64,000 nt of DNA from Harriotta raleighana (GCA_050575255.1 JBNZDD010013574.1:378244-442243), one strand, 5' to 3'. Positions 13,906-27,665 are shown, numbered from the stretch's first letter. A program made the numbers and translations. Notes: generated from the letters alone by a model not told the origin.

Positions 13906-14169
13906 CTAGTGATCGAACGCTTCAAAATAAACCCAGTCACTTTTTTCGATCGTTTGCCTTTTCCCTTGCTGCTATGAGCAGTGCAACATTTAGTACAAGT
14001 GGGGTTTAATCATTTTGAACAGATACATGTCTATAAATTGCCTTTTATTTGCTCATTACATTAAACCTTCAACCCATATCCTCTTGTTCGAAGCTCTTTG
14101 AGAAGCCGTTCGGCATGGAGGGTGCTCTATAAATCCAAGTTGTTGTTGTTCCTGAAAATATTGTTATGG

Positions 14170-14270
14170 CTTTACTTTCTCGATCCCTTTAAGTATCTTG
14201 TATAAGGTGTCTTCAGCCTCTTTTCAAGGCTGACAAGCCCCAGCTTATCTAACTGTTCCCATTAGCACAT
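14170..14270 (-). mobile_element. CR1-type LINE reverse-transcriptase C-terminal fragment
   Basis: Reverse strand reads ...EQLDKLGLVSLEKR...LYKILKGIEKV, like the CR1 motif ERLxxLGLFSLEKRRLRGDLIxxYKILKG. Confidence 0.6.
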
Positions 14271-14987
14271 GCCTTTAACACTGAGGTTCAGCCTTGTGAC
14301 TGACCTGGGTGAGCATCAGCATATATTGACCAACGCTCTGGCGGAAAGGAACAGTCAATAGTTCCTGATTGCCCTTGTGCCACTGAGACTTCACAAGGCA
14401 AGGTCATCTCCTCCCAATTTAATACCAAATCACCGTAACTCACATCAGCGTGCGTCATTAGTCAACATTGCGAGATGAAACAGAGGTCCAAAGTGCGTTT
14501 GCCTGACAACGCTCTAATATTCCTTTTGTGCCATCTACTGGCTATTGGTGGCAACACTGAAATCACAATTTCACAACCACCCACAGAATGGCTCCTTCAA
14601 CTCTGCCTTTAATGTAAAAAACACACACACACACACACACGCTGTTTTATTATATGTAGCCTTGATACATTACTGACTCTGAATAATTCACATCCTGAAG
14701 AGTAATTGATCCATTGCCAAGGACTCCTCGCCCTGTATAGCGGTAAACGTGATTTGCGATAAGCTCCTTCATTCAGTATGTACGCTGGAACTAATACTAT
14801 ACAGCAGTAAATCAAAGCAGTCTGGTGGTGGTATGGGGGGTGGGGGGGTGGTGAGGGGGAATACTGGTCACTGGAAACTCCTCTTGGATCATGTCAACCT
14901 TAACAGATAGGATTGTGCGAGCCAGATCAGCAGTGCGAAAGTTTACCAGGCAATGTGGTTTTAATGAGCTAAATTTCAGCAGTAATC

Positions 14988-15170
14988 TAATAATAATAAT
15001 AACCATAATCCTTGCGTTTGATGCGGCGTCTTATCACGTCTTCACGACATCTCAAAGCGCTTCACACTGTGAAGTGAATTGGCTGTTTAATTTTGCGGGC
15101 AAAAACGCGGCAGCCAATTGCGCACAGCAGCGACCCACAAACAGTTGTGGATTGAAGTGACCGATTTTTA
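14988..15170 (-). mobile_element. SINE 3' half
   Basis: Tail and core are present. Confidence 0.8.
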
Positions 15171-16172
15171 TTTAATGTACTGCGCCTCATCCTCTCTGGA
15201 ATTAGGTGAATCGGGTGTGTCTCTCTCTGCGGGGAGAGAGTGCGCATTCCATCTCGAACGCAGAAATTCCCATGTGTCGTTGGCAAACATCTATAACTCT
15301 CAGCCTGGTTTGAATAAGCTTTTGCACACGATGATATACCAAACACCCGACTGACAAAAGGAAGAAATCATGTTGCCCACTGTATTTCATCAAGGCCTTT
15401 TCAGTCGTTTCGTGGAAGTGTGTTGCAGCAAAACAATTTTATATTCATAATGAACAATACATTTTAAAATTCTAGGTGTCTCAAATGACTGATGGTAATT
15501 ACAGTGTATTTTTGATAATTGCTCAGCAATAACTGAGAGTGTGAAACTATTGACAATTTAATGTCTTTGCCAGTCTTTTGTTTTTCTTCCAGTGTCACAT
15601 TTGTGTTCGAAACACACTTTCCACGCGATCATAAATAATAATTTGGTACAGCGCCTTCGGTGTCAGGGGGACATACCCACAAAGTGCTTCGCAGGATATA
15701 CTGTGAAGTGGAGTGACTGTGTGTTTTTTTGTAGGGGAACATACCTGCTAGCCTGCGATGGAAGGTGTTACAGTTTATTCATGATGCGTAGGGTGCCAAC
15801 TTCACACAGATTTCATTTATAGAGCGGGGTACAAAATCGGAACTGACTGCCAGCACAAGGAATGAGAGAATTTAAGAGCAGGGAATGAGAAAAGTCATCA
15901 GCCAAAAGTCTGCTCTATCCTACTCACACTATTTCTAGACTAGCTTTATGGAGAGTCAGGGTAGAAGAGAGATGAGGAGGAGCGATTCCAGTATCCGGTA
16001 TAAAGAAATCGGTGACTGTGAGCAGCCGAGACATAGGGGAAAACTAAAGTAATTATATAACAGTTCTGAAGGGACAACATCTTCTGCTTCATAAACACCA
16101 GGACTATTTTGTTGGTAAGAATAGGATATGCAGTTAATGCTAAATCACTGGAATGCGTTTGAATTCGATCTT

Positions 16173-16481
16173 GATAATAATAATAATAATCCTTGCATTT
16201 CATAAGCGCTTTTTACGTCTTCGAGACAGACGTCTTAAAGCTTTTCACAGAATATACTGTAAAGTGAATTGACTGTACATTTGTGGGCAGCCAGTTGCCC
16301 ACAGCAGAGTTCCACAACAGGCATGGATTGAAATGACCAATTTTATTATATTTTTTGGGGAGGGATTATTATTATTAGGCGTGTGGAGTAAGGAATCTTG
16401 CCCAAGGTTTCGCTCTGACCTGCCTGGATTCGAACACAGGTCTCACTCTTGTAAGGCGAGTGCTCTAACCAAGGACTCCAC
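16173..16481 (-). mobile_element. Near full-length SINE
   Basis: Tail, core and head match the family. Confidence 0.9.
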
Positions 16482-17285
16482 AATGTACGTGTGCCTGATT
16501 GCCAATTAGGCCTTTTAGTGAAATCTGAGATGTAATCATGCACTTTAGACGTAGTAACAACTGGAAGGGACCCGCTTAACCTTTGCTAACAAGTGTGGCT
16601 CGAGTTGGCACTGGCAGCAAACGAAGGAAAAATGCCATTTCGAACCGCGCCTGGCAGCTTCACCTCATCGGGGAAGCAATCCACCGGAAGGAAAGGAAGA
16701 GGTTCTAGGAAGAGGTTCACCAACAACTGGACCTGTCTCCGTGTGTTGGTGGCCGTGACTCATGTTTCATTTGTACCTCATGCTTGGTGGCTACTCAGTG
16801 CCAAATGTTCAGGGTAAAAGTAGGGCTGCCCCACATGTGATTCATACGCTGGAGAACTCTGCTCTTGACACCAACTAGGGGGGGGGGGTTGGCTTCAGGA
16901 GAGGTTGGTGCATGCCCACTGCACAGTCAACGCAGTGTATGTGAATCACATTGGGAGCACTGCCCTGTGGGCCGATGACTGCTCTTGGATAGTTCATCGA
17001 ACCACCTTAAGGCTAATGTTAGCATGTGACTCACCACCACCACCACCACCACCAGACTCTTATTTTAACGTGTTACATCGCCTGACTCGTGGTCAACGAT
17101 GCTCGAAGCCAACTTGAGGGTCGCTGGTCGGCTTTGATGTGCCATTCCTCTCCCAGTTGAACTTCAAGCAGTTTTGAGAGTTTCGCCTTGGTTTTAATCG
17201 GGACTGAAGTTAACCAATATTGTTCACGAGGATTATGTTGGGGGAAAAGAAAACACTTACTTTCCCCCCCCCCCCCCTTTTTTTA

Positions 17286-17610
17286 AGTCCTATAGCTCAG
17301 TGGTTAGAGCACTCGCCTCACAAACGTGAGACCTATGTTTCAAATCCAGGCAGTTCAGGGTGAAACCTTGGGCGAGTTTCCCGACTCCACATGCCTAATA
17401 ATAATCCCCCCCCATAAAAAACTATAATAAAAATTGGTCATTTCAATCCACGACTGTTTGTGGTACGCTGCTGTGCGCAATTGGCTGCTGCGTTTTGCCC
17501 ACAAATATACAGTCAATTCACTTTACAGCATATTCTGTGAAGTGCTTTGGGACGTCTAGAAGTCGTGAAAAGCGCTATATCAAAATACAGTACAAGGATT
17601 ATTATTATTA
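17286..17610 (+). mobile_element. Full-length SINE
   Basis: Head, core and tail match the family. Confidence 0.9.
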
Positions 17611-18439
17611 AGGCATCGATTTTACATCCCAGGAATGTTTCCTTTTAATACTCAAAATTAATTCCGACTTACCATATTATTTTACTTTACTTTTTGAAAA
17701 GATTTGAAGAGTTTTGAGGAGAATTGAGGCAACCCAGTGTTTGAAATTCCCCCCCGCTTCTTTCTGTAACACTCTGAGCCATGTTCAAAAGCCCTCACTG
17801 TATATCATTCACATCCTCATCCCTTACTGGGTACACACAGGGGTAAAAATGTCACGTGGCGTTCCTTTCGTGGGATTTCCCAATGTAGTTACACATCACC
17901 AAAGACACCACAATGGAATGCCAGCCCGAATCTTCACCCAACAGTGAATGAGCCTTGCTTTAAGTCAATCTAATGGATTGAGCCCTCTTTCATGTGTATA
18001 ACTTGCGATTATTTTCCTCCTAGGTAAACATCACCAGCAATCATGCCAGACAGACAGCGCAAAATAAGAGATTGCTTGTAAATGTTAAAAGCACTCTAAG
18101 TGTGATAATGAATTCTGACAGCCTGTAAATCACCACACTTTTAGGGATATAATGTGATCCAGGATTTTGCCAATAGAGTGGTCTTATTCACATGAATCTA
18201 ATGACAAAAGTGTTTAGTTTGGAGTATGCCAGAGTGAGCTAACTCTGTGTGTTCCATCATTTAGTGACTTCATTGGATTTTGGTCACAGCAAGGGTAATA
18301 GCAATCCTTGCATTTGATCTCACTCTTTCTCGTTGGGCGTACAAAATGCGTCAGAGGATTTATTATCCAGTGTAGTGACTGTATTTTCCAGGTGAATGCG
18401 ACAGCAAGTTTGCCCATGGCAATGTTCGACAAACAGCCA

Positions 18440-18801
18440 ATAATAATAATCAGAATCATAATAATCATCCTTGCGTTTGATATTGCGCTTTTCACGTCTT
18501 CTAGACATCTCAAAAATCTTCACAGAATATACTGTAAAGTGAATTGACTGTATATTCATGGACGAAATGCTGCAGCCAATTGTGCACAGCATTGTCCCAC
18601 AAACAATCTGGGATTCAAATGACCAATTTATTCTAGTATTTTTGGGAACGGATTATTATTAGACGTGTGTGGAGTAAGGAAACTTGCCCAATATTTGTGG
18701 GCGAAATGTGGCAGCCAATTGCGCACAGCGGCGTCCCACAAACAGTCGCGGATTGAAAATGACCACTTTTATTATTTTTTTGGAGGGATTATTATTAGGC
18801 G
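18440..18801 (-). mobile_element. SINE with an internal duplication or a second nested core
   Basis: The core segment occurs twice (~18550-18660 and ~18690-18800). Confidence 0.8.
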
Positions 18802-18900
18802 TTAAAGTATCCTTCGAGCAGGACAGTTGAAGTGAAAGTTGTTGCTCAGAGTGCAAAAGCAATGTGAGTGAGTAAAAGGATCGAACTTTAAACCCACAAG

Positions 18901-19275
18901 GTACCTTCGAAGGAGAGGATGGACGCACAATCTCCCGGTGAAGGAAGCAGAAACGCTGAAGAGCTAAAGGGGGACCAAACCAAACTAAACTGCAAGAGGC
19001 CACCGCGACCCTCGTCGGATTGCGGCCAATTTTCCGGTTGGGAATACACGATCCCGGAAGACTCTGCCCCGGCTGAAACGGAGCCCGAAACGGTGCGTCT
19101 CCGGCAACCGGCGGACTCGGCAAGATCTCCCTCGCCGGGAGCTGGGAACAACAGCGACGCTTCACCGGTCACCAAGATACAGCACAGGGAAAGGCGCGTT
19201 CGACAGAGGCCGTTCTCTGTGATAGACGGAACAACTCTCATTGGATGTTGTGACACGGCGAACAATCTGCATCAG
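18901..19275 (+). CDS. ARHGEF9: Coding exon (375 nt, phase 0/0), ASEF-like region VPSKERMDAQ...ANNLHQ
   Basis: Open frame with donor CAG|GTAAGA at 19276; the acceptor aaacccacaag|18901 is weak. PPRPSSDCGQFSGWEYTIPEDS and RVRQRPFSVIDGTTLIG match SPATA13 RPRPFSDYGQLASRSLSIPEDS and RRRRPISVIGGVSLYG (recalled). Confidence 0.82.
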
Positions 19276-19462
19276 GTAAGAAACGGATGGCTCCCCATTG
19301 ATTTTCCCCCTGCTCTCCTGTGCTGGCTTTCGGCTGCTAATCTGAGGCCCTTTCGCAAACCTTCTCGGGCTCCCGCACAATTTATTTTGGGCCAGAGCGA
19401 CTTAACTCCGAATCTGTCACTTGGTGAAGTGGACCGCATAATGAGCGCACTTTAGAGAATCA

Positions 19463-19672
19463 AAATAATAATCCTTGCATTTGACGTAGCGCTTTTCACG
19501 TCTCATCGACGTCTCAAAGCGCTTCGCAGAGCATACTGTAAAGTGAATTGACTGTATATTTGTGGGCGAAACATGGCAGCCAATTGTGCATGGTGGCGTC
19601 CCCACAAACAGTTGTGGATTGAAAACGACCAATTTTATTATTGTGGTTTTTTTTGGAGGGATTACTATTAGA
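19463..19672 (-). mobile_element. SINE 3' two-thirds
   Basis: Tail and core are present. Confidence 0.85.
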
Positions 19673-21609
19673 ATCTCTGCAATGAGCTACAAATTTCCTC
19701 TCCAGTAATCCAAACGGCATCACTCGTTTACTTTCCATCTCGCGCAATTTCTCTAACATTGACTCTGCCACTTGTTTTCCCCATTTCCTCAATTTAGAAT
19801 AAGTCACAAATCTTTCTATTGAACGTTTCTTCCCGGGCAACTTCTTTAAATGTTTTGACAGTGAAAATTAAATGTGTGATGTTATTTCAGATGCCTTACT
19901 GTTGCAGAAATGCACGTTGTGATGAATAAGCGTTCAGTAAAAGTATTCTCGACATCGCTCCTGATGAAATTAAAATCACATACAAATTATTTAAGATTCA
20001 ATGATTATGTCAATCCAACATTAAAATAAATCAAGGTAGCTATCGTTCTAATTGGATATAAAGTTAGTCATTTTACATATATTTCCTTTGTGAAGAGATG
20101 CAAATTCTTTGAGCGAATCCAAATGAATCCAAATCCATTGAAACAAATAGAAGATTTAATCTTTCTGTGCAAGGGAGTGTGCGCAGAAACGCACCTCTAG
20201 ATAAAGGGCAAGAGAGGGATGACTCCAGGTAGAAGCTATTGCCACCCGAAAGAGATTATAACAAGGAATGTCAGTCTCACAATATCTATTTGCATTCACA
20301 AAGACATCCCATTCTAATTTGTAGTGCTCACTGCTGACACAATGCTGCCTTGTACCTAAGGCATAAAAGCTTTGCGGGTTTCAAATAAAAAAAACTTATT
20401 GTGCATCAGAGGAACACGAGATTCATGCCTAATTTCAAGAACACAATGGCACAATAGGACACTAAGTGCTGGGAATGATTGCCACAATCTTCACATTTTA
20501 CTCGAGTGACACAACTGGGTTGCATATTTGCATAAATTTATTTTCCTACCATAAATTTTAATTTTCTCCTGCATCATTTGCATATATTGAGTTATAAATA
20601 AACTCAATAAACCAAGAGAAACTGGGACCGATAGCTTTTTTTTTTCGGTAGAGAAGTGGGGGGAACGTAGAAATTGCTCAGATTTGCATGCACAGTGTGG
20701 AGTNATTTCACTCCACACTGAAGTCTCTCTCTCTCTCTCACTACAGTCTGAATTTTAATGGCCTTTTCTAGTAGCAATAAGAGTCCGTCTGCCTCCAGGT
20801 GTCCTTAGCTTTTTTGTAGTACTGAAACGCCTCTGCTTACACCATTTGAATTCTGCTAACATCAGACTGTGGGTGACTGAAAGAAAGAAAGGAGTTTGAT
20901 TTCAAGCCGTCTCCACTTGATTACCAAGAGCAAACTGTGGGGTTTTTACAGTAACCATTCTAACGGGATTCTTCAACAAGAGAAAACAGAAATATTATCC
21001 TGGCCTTACATAACTCATGGGAATTCTACTCTGACCTAATCTATTTACAGAGTGTGTGACGTACATTCAATTTACCAGGTGTCCCATTCCCTCCCTCCCT
21101 CCCTCCCTGCCTCCCACCTATCTTACAAAGGAATCCTGTTATAAATTGACGCATATTAGACCCCTCGATAGATGTTCCTTTTTCACTTCAAGGTCATATT
21201 TTTCAGACTATATTTTCAGACTGGAGTTGGAGGGGTGGGGAGAGGGGGAGGATGGGAGAGATGGAGGAAAGATGCAATTGGGGGACAATGGCGGGGGCGT
21301 GGGGAGTTATGTCAACCCTGAGGCCAGTGATAACTATTGGGCTGATTTTCAGCTCATATTTTGTTGGATGTGATTATCGTCAGTTATAATATCACATCCC
21401 TGCATCTTCTTCCCTGATAATTCATGCTGTAATAACTTTTATCAGTCGAGAATGGAGTGAAGGCTATGAACCGCAGCTTTAGGAAGGATGGTTGGTGGCG
21501 GAAGGCACCCTAGTGTATTAATCACCGATGACGAGAACGCGCTTTGAATGGTCCGTTTCGCACCTTGGTTTCCCAGCTTCCGAAATTCTGTGTTCTTTCG
21601 TCCCCTCAG

Positions 21610-21754
21610 CCGCCCACCTGCCGCCCGCCACCCCCACACAACGCCCCACCTTTCCGAGCGGTGCCCGACAGGATTCAGCCGCTGGTTCTGTCCCAGAGCA
21701 CACCAACAGGGCTCGATCAGATCGGGCGCAAAAGTCAGATATCGTCAGGGGCAG
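21610..21754 (+). CDS. ARHGEF9: Coding exon (145 nt, phase 0/1) PPTCRPPP...SQSTPTGLDQIGRKSQISSGA
   Basis: Acceptor ttctttcgtcccctcag|21610 and donor CAG|GTGAGT at 21755. SQSTPTGLDQIGRK matches the ASEF-family motif SQSTPIGLDRVGRR (recalled). Confidence 0.85.
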
Positions 21755-21905
21755 GTGAGTAGCCAACCTCCTGTTATATTCACCTCCTTTTGCCTCGGGA
21801 TGCATTGCAATGCTAACTCAGTGCATCGGGCAGTGTAGACGGGATAGTTCAACGATGAGTCTCGGTCCGATTGAGTTGGGTAACTCTCTCACCTGTGGGT
21901 CAGGG

Positions 21906-22075
21906 ACTGTTTTGTGGGGGACGCTGCTGTGCGCAATTGGCTGCCGCAGTTTCGCCCACGAATATACAGTCGATTCACTTCACAGTCCATTCTGTGAAGC
22001 GTTTTGAGACGTCAATAAGATATGAAAAGAAGCGCTCTATCAAATGCAAAGATTCTTCTTCTTATTATTATTATT
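21906..22075 (+). mobile_element. SINE 3' half
   Basis: Core and tail ending in (ATT)n. Confidence 0.85.
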
Positions 22076-22579
22076 GGTGCTCCAATTACTGTATCCATTA
22101 GAGGTGCCAGGACTTCAGATGAGACGTTAAATTGAATTGCTGTTGTTGAGCGCGCACACACAGCCGCTTCACACATCTGCCAGAAAACACTGCGATGTGT
22201 CACGAGCCACTTTGACGCGAAAGCAAAGGCAAGGATTATTATGTGTTAAATGCAGCCGATGAAACACAATCGCGCTGATCAGTCGAAGTGCCAGCCTAAA
22301 ACTCGAATGCATCAACTCCCTTTCTTCATTGAAAGCCGTGCGTCGTTGTGATCTCAGTTAGCGTAAATTAATCAATCAATCAAAATTACATTTATATAGC
22401 GCCTTTCACGTCAGGAGGACGTCCCAAGGCGCTGTACAGTCAAGTAGGGATCAGAGCGGGGTGAGTGGGGGTGTAGGGGTCGGAGGAAGGAAAGCAGGAA
22501 ACAAATTGACTGGATATTTGTGGGTGAAACGTGGCAGCCAAATTGCACACAGCATTGTCCCACAAACAGTAGCGCAAGT

Positions 22580-22880
22580 GGGGCCGGGGGAGAAAGGGGG
22601 AAAAGAGGGTAAGGGGGGAGATGGAGGGAAAGGCGGGGTGGGGTAGAATCAGGGAGGAAAAGGCGGGGAGAAAGGGGACGCAAGGGGGAAATCAGGGAGG
22701 AAAAGGGGGGAGGAAGGAGGGACAAGGGGGAAAAGGGAGGGAAAGGTGGGGGGCAAAATCAGGTAGAAATGGGAAGAAAGGGGTGTAAGAGGGAAGAGGG
22801 GGGTAAGAGGGAAGAGGGAGGGAAGGGGGGAGAGAAGAAGAAAAGGAGGGGGAAAGGTCAGGGTTGGGGTGTGGGGGGAT
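22580..22880. repeat. ~300-nt polypurine (G/A-rich) low-complexity tract next to a reverse L2 3' end (22383-22440)
   Basis: Almost pure G/A on the + strand with many G3-G7 runs. Confidence 0.8.
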
Positions 22881-23654
22881 CACAACTGGTTGAAGACAAG
22901 GCGTTTTTTTTAAATCAAATAAAACACACACACACAAAAAATCTGATTATGCACAAAACAGCTTTTGTTTAAGTTGACACTGCTGAATGATTAAATAGCG
23001 ATGTCAATTTAAACAAAAAAAAATGATCAGCAACAATTTTTTTATCCTGAATTCAAGACAAAAGAAATCTTGCTTGAAGCACATTTCTTAAGTTGCACAG
23101 CTAAGGGATCACGCTTGGTTTGCTGCAGGGCAATTTTACTCACGTTCACTGCATTTCATTCCTATAACTGCACTAAACCACTCCCATTGCTTTGCATTTT
23201 CACATTTCAGCAACTTAAGAGTTTGGGATTTCCCCGCAGGAAAACTCATCACAGCAGGTGTTAGGTCTTTTATAAAAGGGCAGGCAACACATTGCATTTT
23301 TGTGGGCAATCAAACCCATAATCTAATGCTTCTACGAGCGCCGAGGGAGGGAGAGAGAAGAGGTGAGGAGTAGGTGACCATAGGCGCATCGAAGAGGTAG
23401 GTTTTCAAGAGAGATTTGGAGACTGATAGAAAGGGAGATAGAGAGTGAGGTGGGAGGACTGAGGCAAGGATTTGAGGGGTGTAGTGGCTGAAGGGATGGT
23501 CACCGGTGATTTTCATTTTCTTTTAAGTGTTGTTTTGCCCGGAGATGGAATGCCTTCGACATAGCTGGAATCAGTGAAATGATCTCGTGTTCTCAGACTC
23601 CTATCAAGTGGAATAAGAAAGAGGACACACGTTTAATAATACTGTAATAAGGAG

Positions 23655-23862
23655 AATAATCCTTGCATTTGAGACAGCGCTTTCCACATCTTATCGACGT
23701 CTCAAAGCGCTTCACAGAATGTACCGTCAAGTGAATTGACTGTATATTTGTGGGCGAAACGCGACAGCCAATTGCGCACAGCAGCGTCCCCCACAAACAG
23801 TCGTGGGTTTGAAAATGACCAATTTTATTATTGAGGTTTTTTTTTGGGACGGATTACTATTA
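23655..23862 (-). mobile_element. SINE 3' two-thirds
   Basis: Tail and core are present. Confidence 0.85.
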
Positions 23863-26800
23863 TCCAGAGCGGTAGAGCAGTTCAGCAAAGACCCTGACAT
23901 TGTGTGAGGAAGGCGGGTAGTTTGGAAGGATGAGCTGAAACGGTTCTTGATCTGAAACCGATCTTGCGTAAATTGACGTCTCGCCCCTTGTTCTAGGGCA
24001 AAAACGTGTCAGGAACGGTGCTGAGTGTTTTTTTTTCTGCCAAAAGGATTGTGCGTGTGGCACGGCCGTATCCAATGGATACCAGAAATGCTCAAGGAAC
24101 AAGAATACTGCTTGCTGTGCGTGTTTGCTCAAATGCCAGGTCCCTGTGAATTCTTCGCTGGGTTACTGTTGGCCAGTGTTGGCAATCTGGCCTTTTTGTT
24201 TGTCAAACAGTTGCCAATGACAGTAGACAACTATATGTTGCGGTATCTGAATCTGTAAGTGAAAAAGAAATAGTCATCAGCACTCAGTCAGAATTACTCG
24301 CTCTAATTCCATCAATTTTCTTTCCTAAAGCGAATTTGGATCGAGTATTTTTCTGGAGAAACTAAGTTATATCCTTCGGCGTTAAAAAAAACAACTCAAG
24401 TGTTGCAACTGATTGCAGGCTTTCTCTCTGCCGACTCTCAAAACGTTGCTTGCCAATATTCCCCCCCCAACCCCACGCCCCCCCCCCCCCACTCCGCCCC
24501 CCCAAAATAAACTCGCAAGGCCGTTCAATAGAGCTTATGGATGCGATTGAGTGTGAGGAAGTTGGCTGGCACATAAAATGCTTCGAGGGTCATTGGTAGG
24601 TCATGCATCAGTTGCTGACAGCAGTCTGAAGAGCATAATGATCTTGAAGGTAATTTCAGTGATGCCACATTGCTCTGCTGCATTTTCCTCATCGTGCTGT
24701 AATAGCATGACATTATACAAATAAAACATGTTCTGTGTCACAGCCCAGTATACTTAGCATCCCGTCTGTGTGCCAGTACAGCACAAGATGCCAGTACATG
24801 TTAATAAGCAGCAAAGGCTTTCCTAGCACAATCAAGACATTCATTAACAGTTTAAAGGAACGGAATTCTATCCCCACGACGTTGTGCACGACGGAAGCTG
24901 CACAGGACTGATACACAAATAATAATAATAATATAGCACCTCATCACCTTGTTGAGACGTCTCAAAGCGCTTTACAGGATTTACTGTATTGAAGATTGAT
25001 TGTATTTGATGGGTTCCTGCCAGATACACGCAGTAACGTCCCACAAACAGCTGGGGAATGATCGAGTAAGCCATGTTTATTACATGTTGAGCGTCGTGGG
25101 TGGGTGGGTGAGTGGGTGGGTGGGTGAAGACAGGGTAAACAGATCCACACATATTATTTCAGGTTAGGTTAGACTGGAGGTGGTTGTGTGGGTTCAACAC
25201 GCTAAGTTTCCCCCATTTGAAGATGCGTCTCAATTGTGGATTAAAACTGTTGCCTTTACCGGCACACTCAAGGGGCACATGAGGTAGCTTGAAGTGAGTC
25301 TATTTAAGAAGACGGAATTAGGAGACGGAAATAAATCGCTGAGGAGAAGAAAGGATTGGATATGCCATTGATGGGATATGCACGGGTTTCATAGATACTC
25401 TAGATTTTGATGGTGATGCAATCTACTGTAAGTCGGCTGGTAAGTAGGATCAGATAGGTGAAGATGTATTTTATACAGCAGTGTTTCCAAAACGCGCTTA
25501 CAATTAAAAGGAAGGGGCCACACACCCCCCCCCCTCCACCCCCAACCCTCACCCCTTCTCCCAACTCTCCGGCAGCTATGTTTACGCACACGATTGTGGT
25601 TGTGAAGGTTAATTCTGTTCTGAGTCACTTGCTCTGTAGTCGCAGGCAAGTCCTTTGGCTGGGGAAGAGTTTGTGCTCGGAGGTTTTGCCCAGTCTTGCA
25701 AACCGTTTGCGAACCAAACTGCGGGTCTGATGCTGTGTTCAGAAGTAATGGGGCTGAAATTGCAGTCATTTCTGAACCCGTGGAGTTCTTTATTTAGGAC
25801 AAAATAATGGTCTCAAAATGTCTTGTGTTCTGAACTACTACACCCCACAAGCTTATCTGTTAAATGGCTTGACCCAAACCCGGCTGAAAAGCCCACAGAA
25901 CATCCCTCTTAAATAATATGTTATTATTAATAATAATAATAATAATAATCATCCCCGCATTTGATNCACAGAACATCCCTCTTAAATAATATGTTATTAT
26001 TAATAATAATAATAATGATCATCCCCGCATTTGACACAGCGCCTTATCACGCCTCAAAACACACCGCAGCATTTCACTGTCAAATATAGGGACTGTATTT
26101 TCTGGATGAAAAGGCAGTCAATTTGCGTACAGCAATTGTCCCTCCCGCAAACAGTCATGAAATGAATGATGGATTTTACCTGGGGGAACTGCTGGATTAT
26201 TTTTGAATTGGCCTTTCTGATCCTATTCAAGGGATAGTACTGGCTACATTCACACGATGAGGATGTCTCGAATGGCTTCACACAGCTGAGACCAAGGGGG
26301 TGGTTTGGTGGGGGTGGTAGGGGGTGAGTGGGGAGGGGTGGGGGGGGTGAATATTGCTGAAAGTACAGCTGAAGAGATAGGTTTTAAGGTGTGATTTGAA
26401 AATTGGGAAGAAGGTGGGATGGGGGAAGTGGTGGTGGTGGTGGGTTGAAGCAGACATTTTGATTGGGATCAAGCTCAGGTTTTATTTGCACGATCTTCAA
26501 TCGGATGAATCACTTTGGATTCGGGTTGGCGCTGGATCCCCTTTGGTCCCATCTGTGTTCACATTCTCGCACCCGGTTTCTGGCTCCCCTCCCACCAATC
26601 CAAGAAGGTAATGCCATCTGCGCTGGAAGAAATGAAGGTGTCATTTGTGTGGTTTTTTTATATAAAAAAAGTGAAGCAAACACAAAAATAAGGTGGGCGA
26701 GGAAGGGTGTGCGTATGTTTCTCTCTTCCCACTGGGGCAGGAATGATAACATCCACACAAATCTCTCTCTCTCTCTCTCTCTCTTGCTCTCTCTCTCGCC

Positions 26801-27147
26801 AGGCGTGAAAGATTGGGGCTTGAACAACAAAGCTGACACCGTCGTTGGGAGTTATTCTTTTTCGTGTACATGTTTATGCAGCAGATCGCTAATCTGTTCA
26901 TTTACACTGTAAAGTCTCTACAGATGAACTTTGCCTAGATTGTCAATTGGTATCGGGTTAGGATGCACCCGAACCAGCAGGTAGGCGAGGCAAAGACGAT
27001 CGCTGATAGAGCTCAGCAGTGAAGTCCCCAGGTATTAATTACCAGTGTGTCAGAAAGCCCCCCCCACCCCCCCAAACACACACACCTATTTGGGACTGAC
27101 TGGTAATACATGGCCAGTACACTGGGATTCCTAACGTACACAGATCA

Positions 27148-27665
27148 CAGGTCAGGTCGAAACCTTGGGCAAGTTTCCTTACTCCACACGCCTAATAATA
27201 ATCCCTCTGAAAAAAAAACACAATAATAAAATTGGTCATTTTGATCCACGACTGTTTTTTTNAGTTTCCTTACTCCACACGCCTAATAATAATCCCTCCG
27301 AAAAAAAACCACAATAATAAAATTGGTCATTTTGATCCACGACTGTTTTTTTGGGGGACACTGCTGTGCGCAATTGGCTGCCGGGTTTCGCCCACGAATA
27401 TACAGCCAATTCACTTTACTGTGCATTCTGTGAAGCGCTTTGAGACGTCTAGAAGACATGAAAAGCGCGATATCGAATGCAAGGATTATTCTTACTAGAT
27501 ACTCAGGGGATTGTCTAGGCTGACGTGGTTGACTCGAATNGTGCGCAATTGGCTGCCGGGTTTCGCCCACGAATATACAGCCAATTCACTTTACTGTGCA
27601 TTCTGTGAAGCGCTTTGAGACGTCTAGAAGACATGAAAAGCGCTATATCGAATGCAAGGATTATT
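27148..27665 (+). mobile_element. SINE, with segments duplicated across gap bases 27262 and 27540
   Basis: Family match, with repeated segments on both sides of single Ns. Confidence 0.85.

Noticed and set aside
13578-14009. Recurrent ORFs with GTLLCAIGCRVSPTNIQSIHFTVYSVKRFE
   Set aside because: These are translations of the SINE consensus in many copies and both orientations, not a protein family.
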